DNA from: Leptospira biflexa
Lineage (GTDB): Bacteria; Spirochaetota; Leptospiria; Turneriellales; DYLW01
Length of the DNA stretch: 60,382 bases
Direction: 5' to 3'
NCBI GenBank assembly: GCA_020720785.1
Contig: DYOA01000013.1
Coordinates: 1 to 60,382, forward strand
The notes under the pieces were generated by a model. The model was not told the DNA's origin. It ran no database searches and saw nothing but the letters and a program-made list of their open reading frames with translations. The translations under genes and the position numbers were made by a program. Of this stretch, positions 50,244 through 59,395 are shown in pieces (the stretch's first letter is position 1; each line of letters starts with the position of its first letter).

Positions 50244-51198
50244 TGGCATACTGAAGATATTTTCCGGAAGTTCCAACCCCGCTCTCACCAGAGAAATCTG
50301 CAATTATATTGGTCTTGCTCCGGGGGAAATTGAGTTGAAGTCCTTTTCCGATGGAGAGAAATCTGTTAAAATATCGGAAAATGTTCGAGGGGCGGATGTC
50401 TTTGTTATACAAGCCACCAGCAATCCCGCCAATGAATACATTATAGAACTGATGCTGATTCTGGATGCATTACGCAGAGCTTCTGCCCAGAGAATTACTG
50501 TGGTGATGCCGTACTACGGTTACGGCCGCCAGGACAGGAAGGTGGAACCACGGGTTCCCATTTCCGCCAAGGTGATAGCAAAAATGGTGGAAACCGTGGG
50601 TGCGGACCGGGTTCTTGCCATGGATCTGCATGCTGACCAGATACAGGGTTTTTTTGATATTCCGGTGGATCATTTATTTGCCGCAACGGTTTTAATTAAT
50701 TATTTTATGGAACTCAAGATGGAAAATCTGGTGATTGTTTCTCCGGATTCCGGTGGTGCAGAAAGAGCTCGGTTTTTTGCAAAATATCTGAATGCGGAAT
50801 TGGCCATTATTGATAAAAGACGGGAAAGAGCCAATGAATCAGAAGTGATGCATATTATTGGAGATGTCAATGGTAAGGATTGTATCATCATTGATGATAT
50901 GATTGATACGGCCGGTACCATCGTGAATGGTGCCAACGCTTTGGTAAAAGCAGGTGCTTCCAGGGTCCTGGCAGCGGCCTCCCATGGGGTGTTATCGGGG
51001 CCGGCCATTGAAAGGCTTAAGAATTCCAAAATTGAACAGATTGTTTTGACAAATTCCATCCATCTGCCGGATGAGAAAAAACTGCCCAATATGAAAATAT
51101 TATCCGTGGCATCGCTGATTGGGGATGCAATTCAGTATATTCATAATGAGATGTCCGTGAGTACCTTGTTTTTGAAAAAAATAAAAAAGAATGATTAG
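50236..51198 (+). CDS. prs: ribose-phosphate pyrophosphokinase
   Basis: [40 protein letters not shown]. Confidence 0.97.
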   Translation: MDNGILKIFSGSSNPALTREICNYIGLAPGEIELKSFSDGEKSVKISENVRGADVFVIQATSNPANEYIIELMLILDALRRASAQRITVVMPYYGYGRQDRKVEPRVPISAKVIAKMVETVGADRVLAMDLHADQIQGFFDIPVDHLFAATVLINYFMELKMENLVIVSPDSGGAERARFFAKYLNAELAIIDKRRERANESEVMHIIGDVNGKDCIIIDDMIDTAGTIVNGANALVKAGASRVLAAASHGVLSGPAIERLKNSKIEQIVLTNSIHLPDEKKLPNMKILSVASLIGDAIQYIHNEMSVSTLFLKKIKKND

Positions 51199-51233
51199 AT
51201 AAGATCATCAAACCACCAGAAAAGGAGATTAAC

Positions 51234-51839
51234 ATGCCAGATATAGTTATTACCGCCGAGGAAAGACAAGCAAACGAAAACGCTTCCCAATTAAGAAAAA
51301 ATGGATGGATACCCTCTGTCATTTCCAGCCATGGAAAAACCACTAATATCAAGGTGAATGCAAAGCAAATGCATGATTTATTTTCTCACGGAATCAGCGA
51401 ATCCATGCTGATTGATGTGGAGTATGGTGGCAAAAAAGAAACTGCCTTTATCAAGGATTACCAGATACATCCGGTGAATGATTCCCTTTTGCATGTGGAT
51501 TTTTTCCGTATTACTTATGGAGAAAAAATTCGTACTAACATTCCATTAGTCTTGGTGGGAAAAGCTGCGGGTATTAAAGAAGGTGGGGTACTGGAAATCT
51601 TTCTGCATGAATTGGAAATTGAGACATTCCCCCGATTTTTAAAACCTCAGCTGGACATTGATATTTCTGCATTGAAAATTGGCGATACGGTATTTGTGGC
51701 AGACATTGAGCTTCCTCCGGAAACAAAGGTTTTAAACGAGGGAAACCCCATTATTTGCCAGATTTCGGTTCCAGCCAGAATGACCAGCGAAGGATATGAA
51801 GAAACGACCGCAGAAGAGAAAAAAGATACCAAAGATTAA
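51234..51839 (+). CDS. rplY: 50S ribosomal protein L25/Ctc
   Basis: LR..G.IP.VI, Q.HPV...LHVDF, GIKEGG; prs-rplY-pth synteny. Confidence 0.93.
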   Translation: MPDIVITAEERQANENASQLRKNGWIPSVISSHGKTTNIKVNAKQMHDLFSHGISESMLIDVEYGGKKETAFIKDYQIHPVNDSLLHVDFFRITYGEKIRTNIPLVLVGKAAGIKEGGVLEIFLHELEIETFPRFLKPQLDIDISALKIGDTVFVADIELPPETKVLNEGNPIICQISVPARMTSEGYEETTAEEKKDTKD

Positions 51840-51845
51840 TCTTTT

Positions 51846-52442
51846 ATGAAATTAATTATCGGCCTTGGAAATCCCGGCGACAGATATATGAATAACCGCC
51901 GGAACATCGGCTTTAAAGTAGTGGATGTTCTGGCGAATAACACAAATATTCAAATAAAAACAAAAAAGAAAAAGTCTTTGCTCGGTCAAGGCATGTTTGA
52001 AGAGCACGAAATTGTCCTGTTGAAACCCCAGACTTTTATTTACCTGAGCGGGGAGGCTGTTCTTTATATTGCTTCATTTTTAAAAGTACCTGTAAATAAG
52101 ATAATTGTCATACACGATGATTATACATTAAAATACGGGGATGTTCGGGTGGCCAGGGGTCCATTGGAAATACCGGAGCATGTGGGAATCCAATCCATTG
52201 CCACCGGATTAAAATCGGATAAGTTTGTCCGCATACGGGTGGGAGTGGGGCCGGTTCCAACAGCGTCGGAAACCCCGGAAAAGCAGGAGATTGAAAGCTA
52301 CATGCTTTCTGACTTCACGCTTGGAGAAAACATGGAAATTATTGATGTGATCAACCATGCAGAGGCGGCTCTCCGTTCCATTCTAACCCAGGATATTGAA
52401 GATGTACTTTCCAAGTATCGATTGGGAGCTCCTCTCAAGTAA
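51846..52442 (+). CDS. pth: peptidyl-tRNA hydrolase homologue with degenerate active site
   Basis: LIIGLGNPG, LLKPQTF, IHDD, RIRVGVG; catalytic His and two Asn replaced. Confidence 0.85.
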   Translation: MKLIIGLGNPGDRYMNNRRNIGFKVVDVLANNTNIQIKTKKKKSLLGQGMFEEHEIVLLKPQTFIYLSGEAVLYIASFLKVPVNKIIVIHDDYTLKYGDVRVARGPLEIPEHVGIQSIATGLKSDKFVRIRVGVGPVPTASETPEKQEIESYMLSDFTLGENMEIIDVINHAEAALRSILTQDIEDVLSKYRLGAPLK

Positions 52443-53652
52443 ACTTTCCATAACGGATCAAAAACTTTCTTTTATTGATTCTAATCGTTGGTTTTTGTCC
52501 TTTTCTGGTGGTGCCGATTCCGTTATGGTATTGTTTTTTCTTGTTGCTTATCATCAGAAAATAAATAAACTCCGTCATCTGGAAATATTTTTTCTGGACC
52601 ATGAGGATCAGACGGATTCAGCAATGGGGGAAAGAATGCGTATAATTCACTCCCTGCTGGATTTGGTGAAAGGCATTCAAAATCTTACTGTTAATTTTTC
52701 CCATCACAAACTCAATGTAAAAGCCATCTCGGCCAGATATAAAAACAGCTTTGAATACACTGCATCCCGCCTTCGGCAGAAAATCAGGGAACGTTATCAT
52801 CGGCAATATCCGGATACCGTTTTCTTTACTGGTCATAATTTAAGCGATTGGCTGGAAACGGTTATCCTGAGGATGAACAGGGGTACATATCCGGAAAATC
52901 TCCGACCTCTGGATTTCATTCAATCCCCCTGCTCTGCCATCCATTGCCATCCACTTTATCTGTCTACAAGGAAAGAGGTGCGTTCATTTCTGGATTCACA
53001 CGGAATTTCTTATTGGGATGATCCCCAGAATCAGAATTTAATTTACGCCAGAAATCGTGTACGGGAGAAAATCGGGATTGATAACAAAGAGGGGTTCAGA
53101 ATTACGGCACTGAATTTTCTCCGCCAATTTCCACATCCGGAAATTATGGAACATCATAGGAAAATGAAAGCCCAGGTGATAGTTGCACATAGAGAAATCC
53201 GGATTCCAACGATGGCATTGGACCATTCATCAGAGGAGGAAAAATTATTCATAGTTAACAACACATTCCGTTGCTTGGGGTTATACCCGCTTTCCTCTCA
53301 CATCAGAACGGCAATGAAAAGTCATCCTTTTTTTTATGGTCCTTATTCCATGGAAATAGAAAACTGGAACCAGACACTGTACTACACGTTTCGCCGGGGA
53401 AGGAAACAAATATTCCCATTGCAGGTAAAAGAAAATTTTATCTCCGGTACAGACATAACAAAACATCATTATATCCACTTAATGTATGGCAGGAAAAAAA
53501 TTTCCAAAATATTCAGCGAAAAAAGACTTTCCCAAAGACAACGGGGAAACCTTCTGATGGAATATAATCCGGATGATCCAAGGGAAATCCTGAGCGTAAT
53601 GCTGAATATCTTTGGCTTGAAAGACTATTTTTCCACAACAAAACCTAATTGA
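52402..53652 (+). CDS. tilS: tRNA(Ile)-lysidine synthase
   Basis: SGGADS, GHNLSDWLET, DPQN...YARNRVR; follows pth; start uncertain. Confidence 0.8.
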   Translation: MYFPSIDWELLSSKLSITDQKLSFIDSNRWFLSFSGGADSVMVLFFLVAYHQKINKLRHLEIFFLDHEDQTDSAMGERMRIIHSLLDLVKGIQNLTVNFSHHKLNVKAISARYKNSFEYTASRLRQKIRERYHRQYPDTVFFTGHNLSDWLETVILRMNRGTYPENLRPLDFIQSPCSAIHCHPLYLSTRKEVRSFLDSHGISYWDDPQNQNLIYARNRVREKIGIDNKEGFRITALNFLRQFPHPEIMEHHRKMKAQVIVAHREIRIPTMALDHSSEEEKLFIVNNTFRCLGLYPLSSHIRTAMKSHPFFYGPYSMEIENWNQTLYYTFRRGRKQIFPLQVKENFISGTDITKHHYIHLMYGRKKISKIFSEKRLSQRQRGNLLMEYNPDDPREILSVMLNIFGLKDYFSTTKPN

Positions 53653-55084
53653 GATGGGATTTCATCTGGAATACTACGGTTTTTTTAATGTTATGGAGCA
53701 GTAAACCCGGTATGACAGAATCGGTGATATTATACAAAGCCCATACTTGGGATCTGGAATTAATTTTTTTTACCGCCCACAGAGCCGCATAGCGAACCAT
53801 TGGTGATTCTTGCTCATCTCTTAGTATATCCACCAGAGAGGGAACCTTATTTCCGTCTGAAATTTTCCCCAGGGCAGCCAATGCCTCTGCTTTTTCCATG
53901 GGTGCCAAATCCGGATATCGTTTCCAAATTTCCGCTTCCGCTGCTTTATAACCGGTTTCCCCCACACAGTAGAGAGTCCATACCAGGATAGAAGGATTCT
54001 TCTCATTTATAATAAGTTCTTTCAATGTCTGGCCAATTCCATAGGATTTATAGAATAATAGTGCCTGGATTTCCATAATTTTTAACTCATCCAGAGTTTC
54101 AAATTCAATCTGTCTGGAAATATCTACAGCGGCAATTTTATTGTTAAAGACATACAAACCCCGGATGGCTGCTTTTCTTACATCCGGATGTGGATCAAAA
54201 ACCATTTTTTTCATTGGGTAAAACGCATTCTGCACTTTATATTTTGTCAGAACATCAATTGCCTTGACCCGGATTTCCGGGTTGTTATCATCTGTCATAA
54301 TACGGATAAATGGTGTTAAGGCCTCAGAACGCTTCATTTCATCCAATGTCCGGATTGCATAAAAACGAACAGACTTATTCTCATCATCCAGCAGTTCCAG
54401 TAAAATTTTTACGGCTCGTTCATCATGAATATAATAAAGGGCATCAATTGCATAGATTTTTTCCAGCGGATTTTTGGACTGGAGCATTTCCAGTAAAATA
54501 GAAACAATGCGGTCATCCTTTAATTCTGCATAGGTTAAATATGCCGCTTTTCTCACTTCAGTAAACGGAAACACAATAAAAGGCATAATTTTATACGTGG
54601 AATCTCCCCAGTGGTAGAGGCGGATTATTTCCATTAAACCGGTAATTAAATCCCCATCATCCATTAAAATTCCTGTGTCATCCCCCACGCTATCCAGCTC
54701 TGAGTAAACTGCATTTTTTAAAAAAGAGGAATCCCAACCCAGAATGGCAAACAACCTGGATTCAAAATATGCTTTCTTATCTTCTGATTTATGATAATTT
54801 TCTTCTTTGAGTATTGCTACAACAAGTTTCAATATGTGAGTCCGGAGAGAGGATTTCTTTTCTTTTTGCATTATATGGTATAATGAATTCTGGTATCGGA
54901 TGGTTAATTCAGGATATGTCTGGATAATCCGGATTATTTTTTCCTGGTTGTCACCGGAAATGGCTTCTTCCATTTTAGCAGTCTGCTCTTTGACGGCATC
55001 CGGGTTCTCCTGTGAAAGAATAATGGTATATCCGGTAAACATCAGAAACAGAATCCACAATTTTTTTCCGGAAATGGCTTGCAT
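53645..55084 (-). CDS. HEAT-repeat exported protein
   Basis: Repeated LL.LL.D....VR..A...L motifs; N-terminal signal/TM. Confidence 0.85.
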   Translation of the reverse strand: MQAISGKKLWILFLMFTGYTIILSQENPDAVKEQTAKMEEAISGDNQEKIIRIIQTYPELTIRYQNSLYHIMQKEKKSSLRTHILKLVVAILKEENYHKSEDKKAYFESRLFAILGWDSSFLKNAVYSELDSVGDDTGILMDDGDLITGLMEIIRLYHWGDSTYKIMPFIVFPFTEVRKAAYLTYAELKDDRIVSILLEMLQSKNPLEKIYAIDALYYIHDERAVKILLELLDDENKSVRFYAIRTLDEMKRSEALTPFIRIMTDDNNPEIRVKAIDVLTKYKVQNAFYPMKKMVFDPHPDVRKAAIRGLYVFNNKIAAVDISRQIEFETLDELKIMEIQALLFYKSYGIGQTLKELIINEKNPSILVWTLYCVGETGYKAAEAEIWKRYPDLAPMEKAEALAALGKISDGNKVPSLVDILRDEQESPMVRYAALWAVKKINSRSQVWALYNITDSVIPGLLLHNIKKTVVFQMKSHLN

Positions 55085-55118
55085 CTGCTATTATTTTTTT
55101 GGGAAACCGGTAAACAAT

Positions 55119-55143
55119 AAAAAAAAACGGGGGTTTCCCCCCG
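55119..55143 (-). terminator. intrinsic terminator of the flagellin operon
   Basis: CGGGGG-GAAA-CCCCCG followed by T9 on the minus strand. Confidence 0.85.
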
Positions 55144-55144
55144 A

Positions 55145-55996
55145 TTAAGACCGGTCCAAAAGTTTCAAAACCAGCCCGGTTGAAAAATTCGCCTGGGCCA
55201 GCATCGCCGTAGAACTCTGTAACAGGACCTGACTTTTAGTGAAGTTCACCAGCTCTTCTGCCATGTCAACGTCTCTGATTCTGCTTTCGGCAACTACCAT
55301 GTTTTCATACCCAATCCTCAGGGCTTCCACAGTAATCTCCATTCGGTTGGCATATCCGCCGAGGTCGGCTCTTTGACGGTTAAGTCTGTCAATAGCTTCG
55401 TCCACGATGCCAATCATATCATTGGCCTCTCCCACGGTAGAGATGCTTTTCTTTTTATTTGCACCTTCCACCAGGCCAAACGCCTTGCCATTCATTGTTG
55501 CGATGTACGCACGGATTCTCTGATCTTCATTGGGACCCACATGGAAAAAAATAGTGGCGGTACGGGAACTCCTGGATAAACTACCGTCCAGAAGCTTCAT
55601 CCTGTTAAATTCCGCCTGGCTGGACAAGCGATCCACCTCATCGATAAGCTGTGAGACTTCCACCTGTATCTGCCCTCTATCCTTTTCCGAATAAATCCCG
55701 TTGGCCGATTGTACTGCCAGAGAACGAATTCTTTGCATAATATCGTTCACCTGTCCCAGATTGCCTTCTGCCACCTGAATGAAAGACATCCCGCTCATTG
55801 CGTTCATTTCTGCCACTTTAAGACCCTTAATCTGCGTTTTCATTTTTTCTGAAACCGCCAGATTTGTGGCATCATCTCCCGCCCGGTTTATCCGCATTCC
55901 CGTGGCCAGCTTTTCAATCGACTTATCGAGCATCCGCTGTGAATTGTTCATCTGACGAACAGCAAACATAGCTGAGCTTGTGTTGTTTATCTGCAT
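55145..55996 (-). CDS. flaB: flagellar filament core protein (flagellin)
   Basis: LATGMRINRAGDDA, SFIQVAEG, RIRDVDMAEE, MLAQAN; 283 aa. Confidence 0.93.
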   Translation of the reverse strand: MQINNTSSAMFAVRQMNNSQRMLDKSIEKLATGMRINRAGDDATNLAVSEKMKTQIKGLKVAEMNAMSGMSFIQVAEGNLGQVNDIMQRIRSLAVQSANGIYSEKDRGQIQVEVSQLIDEVDRLSSQAEFNRMKLLDGSLSRSSRTATIFFHVGPNEDQRIRAYIATMNGKAFGLVEGANKKKSISTVGEANDMIGIVDEAIDRLNRQRADLGGYANRMEITVEALRIGYENMVVAESRIRDVDMAEELVNFTKSQVLLQSSTAMLAQANFSTGLVLKLLDRS

Positions 55997-56122
55997 CTTC
56001 TCCCTCCATGGATTTTATTTCCTCTTTCCTGAGGCTGCTTACCGTCGTAATCATTATAGCGGTAAGGAGCCCCGGGAAAGGCCATTTTGGTTTGATGCAG
56101 ATTATCAGTTCATCTTCTCACC

Positions 56123-56953
56123 TTATTCAAGCAACCGGAGAGCCTTTTGACCCCTCATATTGGCCTGTGCAAGCATCGAAACAGAAGCCTGCTCCAGTAT
56201 CTGGTTTTTGGTAAACTCCACCATCTCTTCCGCCATATCCGCATCACGGATTCGGCTTTCAGCGGCTTGGACGTTTTCATAAGCTGAAAGCAGTCCTTTT
56301 GCCGATGTTTCCAGACGGTTAGCGTAACCTCCCAGATCTGCTCTCAATTTCATCAACTTTTCGATCGCATTATCAACCAGGGCTATGGTGTCATTGGCAC
56401 TTCCAACATTTGTCAATGAAACCCCTTTAATCTGCAGTGCTGTTGCGGTCATTGTCTGCACAAACGCCCGCTCTCTCTGGTTTTGATTGGGGCCCATGTG
56501 AAACCACATGGATGCCTTTTTTGAGTTTTTGGCATAATCGCCCAGAAGGAGCTTAAAACGGTTAAATTCTGCCTGGGAAGCTACTCTGTCCACTTCGTCC
56601 ACAAGCTGTGAAATTTCTACCTGCATCAAAATACGGTCATTGTTGTGGTAGATACCGTTGGCTGCCTGCACAGAAAGAACCCGCACCCTCTGCAGAATAT
56701 CCGCCACCTGGCTGAGATATCCGTCCGCAGTCTGGATAAAACTGAGTCCATCCTCTGTGTTTCTTTCGGCTTGCCGGAGTCCGTTAATCTGCATACGCAT
56801 TTTTTCGGAAACCGCCAGACCGGAAGGGTCATCGGAAGCCCGGGTGATTCTTTCTCCAGATGCCAGTTTTGACATGGATTTTTCTATATCCCAGGACCTC
56901 CATTTTAATGCCCTATTGGCATTAATCGCGCTAATGTTGTGGTTGATAATCAT
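56123..56953 (-). CDS. flaB: flagellar filament core protein (flagellin)
   Basis: MIINHN spirochaete FlaB start with AAGGAG RBS; [16 protein letters not shown]. Confidence 0.95.
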   Translation of the reverse strand: MIINHNISAINANRALKWRSWDIEKSMSKLASGERITRASDDPSGLAVSEKMRMQINGLRQAERNTEDGLSFIQTADGYLSQVADILQRVRVLSVQAANGIYHNNDRILMQVEISQLVDEVDRVASQAEFNRFKLLLGDYAKNSKKASMWFHMGPNQNQRERAFVQTMTATALQIKGVSLTNVGSANDTIALVDNAIEKLMKLRADLGGYANRLETSAKGLLSAYENVQAAESRIRDADMAEEMVEFTKNQILEQASVSMLAQANMRGQKALRLLE

Positions 56954-57162
56954 GGTTCTCTCCTTGGTGAGTCGTGTCAAGCAAGACGACTGGCTTCCTC
57001 AGAAACCAGACAAGGGTTCCCCCTCCATCGTATTTTCGATGAATTTCCATTGTATATTAACTCAAGTTAGCAGAGGTTATTTCAGATTATAGAAAGATAT
57101 AGGAACCGAGGGCCAATTACTATTGTCTTTGGGCTGGTTAATAAAAATAAATCTTTTTTTAT

Positions 57163-57190
57163 ATATCGGAAGAAAAAACGGAAAGCTTGA
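57163..57190 (-). promoter_or_regulatory. sigma28 (FliA) promoter of flaB
   Basis: TCAAG-N15-TCCGATAT about 200 nt upstream of flaB. Confidence 0.7.
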
Positions 57191-57197
57191 TAATTTT

Positions 57198-57587
57198 TTA
57201 TAAAAACGTTTTTTTTGTATGGGCCAGAAACCGGGAAATTACATTATTCAATGGTGTTATTTTATCCGGATAACGCTTTTTCTCAAGCCAAATGGCCAAC
57301 TCCACGGAAAGGTTGGAGGTTTCATTGAATTCATATTTAATGACGTATTCCGTAAATTCATACTTGAGTTCATTGAACAAACGCTCATAATCACAGCCTT
57401 CCGGACCACTATTCAAATCATCCACTTTAGTCTTGATGATTTCCAAAAGTTCTTTTTTCCTCTGTTCGCGAAAAACCTTGCTCACCTTATCATTAAATTT
57501 TCTTTCTATTTTCTCTTCAAACCCGGAACAATGTTCGCATCTTGTACTATACAAACGATGATACTGCTTTTCTAGTTTTTCTTCCAT
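57198..57587 (-). CDS. hypothetical protein (129 aa, CxxC)
   Basis: 3' part of the 243-aa ORF; MEEKLEKQ start avoids overlap with the opposite gene. Confidence 0.6.
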   Translation of the reverse strand: MEEKLEKQYHRLYSTRCEHCSGFEEKIERKFNDKVSKVFREQRKKELLEIIKTKVDDLNSGPEGCDYERLFNELKYEFTEYVIKYEFNETSNLSVELAIWLEKKRYPDKITPLNNVISRFLAHTKKTFL

Positions 57588-57696
57588 TTTTTTTTCCGGC
57601 AATTTGGCTCCGTTGCTATTTACCCTAATTATACCAAACATTTCCGTTTCCGTCAAAAAAAAACTCAGGAATGGAAAAATATTACGATAATGAACT

Positions 57697-58329
57697 GTGG
57701 AATATTTTGCTGTTATAACATTCATTTCGGGTATAATACTATTAATAATAGGAATTGTTCTTCCAGATAAAGCCAAACGCCGGATGGAAGGGTTTGTTAA
57801 AAATGAATTAGTAACAGGAACTCTCGTTTCCCCCCCAATGGAACAGAAAAGCACACCGGATATTTCCATGGCCGCCCCCCCATCCAACCCTTTTCCCTTT
57901 GTGGAAATTCGGGAACCTTCGCAAGCCACGGTTAACCCCCAAATCCAGGATTCCTCTGTTAAGGTGCATATTGCGGAGACAAATCCGGCCCTCTGGGAGA
58001 AAACCTGCTATTTATACTTGGATCCATCATCCAGGAATACCTACACCGGAAATGAGACATCCTTCAACCTTCATCTGGCAAAGGATATTCACAGAGTGGG
58101 GAAAGGGAATTTTACATATATGGGAAATTCCTTTGATTTTCATTCCCGAAATGAAAAAAAGGCGTACCCCATAAACCAGATTGACCATCTTGCTTTTTAT
58201 CCCAACTGCCTGGTGATTGTTCCAAAAAATGGTTTACCCTCTGCAATGCTTTTTATGGATGAAACAGACAGCTTAAGAAAAATCCTAGAAACATTCAGAG
58301 TAGACGATGGCAACGACATCCGGCAGTAA
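57697..58329 (+). CDS. hypothetical membrane-anchored protein
   Basis: N-terminal TM, Pro-rich linker, beta-rich C-terminal domain. Confidence 0.7.
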   Translation: MEYFAVITFISGIILLIIGIVLPDKAKRRMEGFVKNELVTGTLVSPPMEQKSTPDISMAAPPSNPFPFVEIREPSQATVNPQIQDSSVKVHIAETNPALWEKTCYLYLDPSSRNTYTGNETSFNLHLAKDIHRVGKGNFTYMGNSFDFHSRNEKKAYPINQIDHLAFYPNCLVIVPKNGLPSAMLFMDETDSLRKILETFRVDDGNDIRQ

Positions 58330-59338
58330 TAGAAAAAAGAAATCATGGGAAATAAAAAGTTTCCTGAAGTTATTTTTATTTTTACTGCTGGCCGGTGTGG
58401 TTGCGGGCTGGTTTTTTTATAAAAACGAAATCTATTTTTATCTGAATCGGGATCAGTACCAGAGTAATCATAAATCCTATATTACTGTTTTGAACAAAAT
58501 CCAGACAACCGTTGATTTTTCAGAATCGGATTCCGGATTGGTTACGTTCATTTCCCGAATGGATTCTATCATAAAAGAACACCCAATGGATGGACGGTAT
58601 TATTACATGAAAGGTTCGGTGTATTTTGAAATCCTGAAAAAAGAATTTCAGAAACCAGCCAACCTGAATTTCATTATAATGTCCCCGTTTCACCGGGAGA
58701 CTTCCCTGCCCTTCACCCGCTATTCCGATTTATTAAAAAAATCGCTTCTGGTGTTAAGAAAATCCATGTATTTTCACTTGTCGCAAAAGGAAAAAACGGA
58801 AATTCAGGAAATGCTTGCATATTTATACTTCTGGCAAGGCCCGGATTATTCCACACACGGAAGAAAATATTCGTATAATCTTCCGGATAACTCTGTGATA
58901 AAAAGCCTTTATAACATCCAGGTTTCCAATGCCTATGTGAATTGGGAATTATTGGAAAAGAATTTCCCATCAGATTATCTATCGATCTGGAAAAGCACAT
59001 ATTACATCCACTCAAAAAGCTATCCTTTTGCCTTCAGCATTTTAAAGGAAAAATCGGAAAAAGTTAGTTCCACAGATGGGAGTACATTGGCTGATGATGC
59101 CAACTATTTATTGTATCAGATAATGAAGAAGAATGGTAATCCAGGGCAAATGATTTTTTATATGCAAAGAATCAACATGGATAAATTTCTGGAAAGATAT
59201 CCCGAATTTTTAGCAGAATATGTTTTAAACCTCCGATTTTACGGCTACTATTCCACAGCCACAGAGATTTTAACAAAGCATGAACAGAAAACATTAGCCC
59301 AAAAGCAGAATCAAAAGGAGACAATAAAAATAGAATAA
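58307..59338 (+). CDS. hypothetical membrane-anchored helical (TPR-like) protein
   Basis: Basic N-terminus + TM; HP.DG.YYY.KG pattern. Confidence 0.7.
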   Translation: MATTSGSNRKKKSWEIKSFLKLFLFLLLAGVVAGWFFYKNEIYFYLNRDQYQSNHKSYITVLNKIQTTVDFSESDSGLVTFISRMDSIIKEHPMDGRYYYMKGSVYFEILKKEFQKPANLNFIIMSPFHRETSLPFTRYSDLLKKSLLVLRKSMYFHLSQKEKTEIQEMLAYLYFWQGPDYSTHGRKYSYNLPDNSVIKSLYNIQVSNAYVNWELLEKNFPSDYLSIWKSTYYIHSKSYPFAFSILKEKSEKVSSTDGSTLADDANYLLYQIMKKNGNPGQMIFYMQRINMDKFLERYPEFLAEYVLNLRFYGYYSTATEILTKHEQKTLAQKQNQKETIKIE

Positions 59339-59353
59339 AACAGTCATAATACT

Positions 59354-59380
59354 TTAATTGAATGTTGAGTTAACCGATAA
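59354..59380 (+). promoter_or_regulatory. possible sigma28 promoter
   Basis: TTAA-N15-ACCGATAA, 15 nt before the ATG. Confidence 0.4.
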
Positions 59381-59395
59381 GGAAAATAGGGGTTT

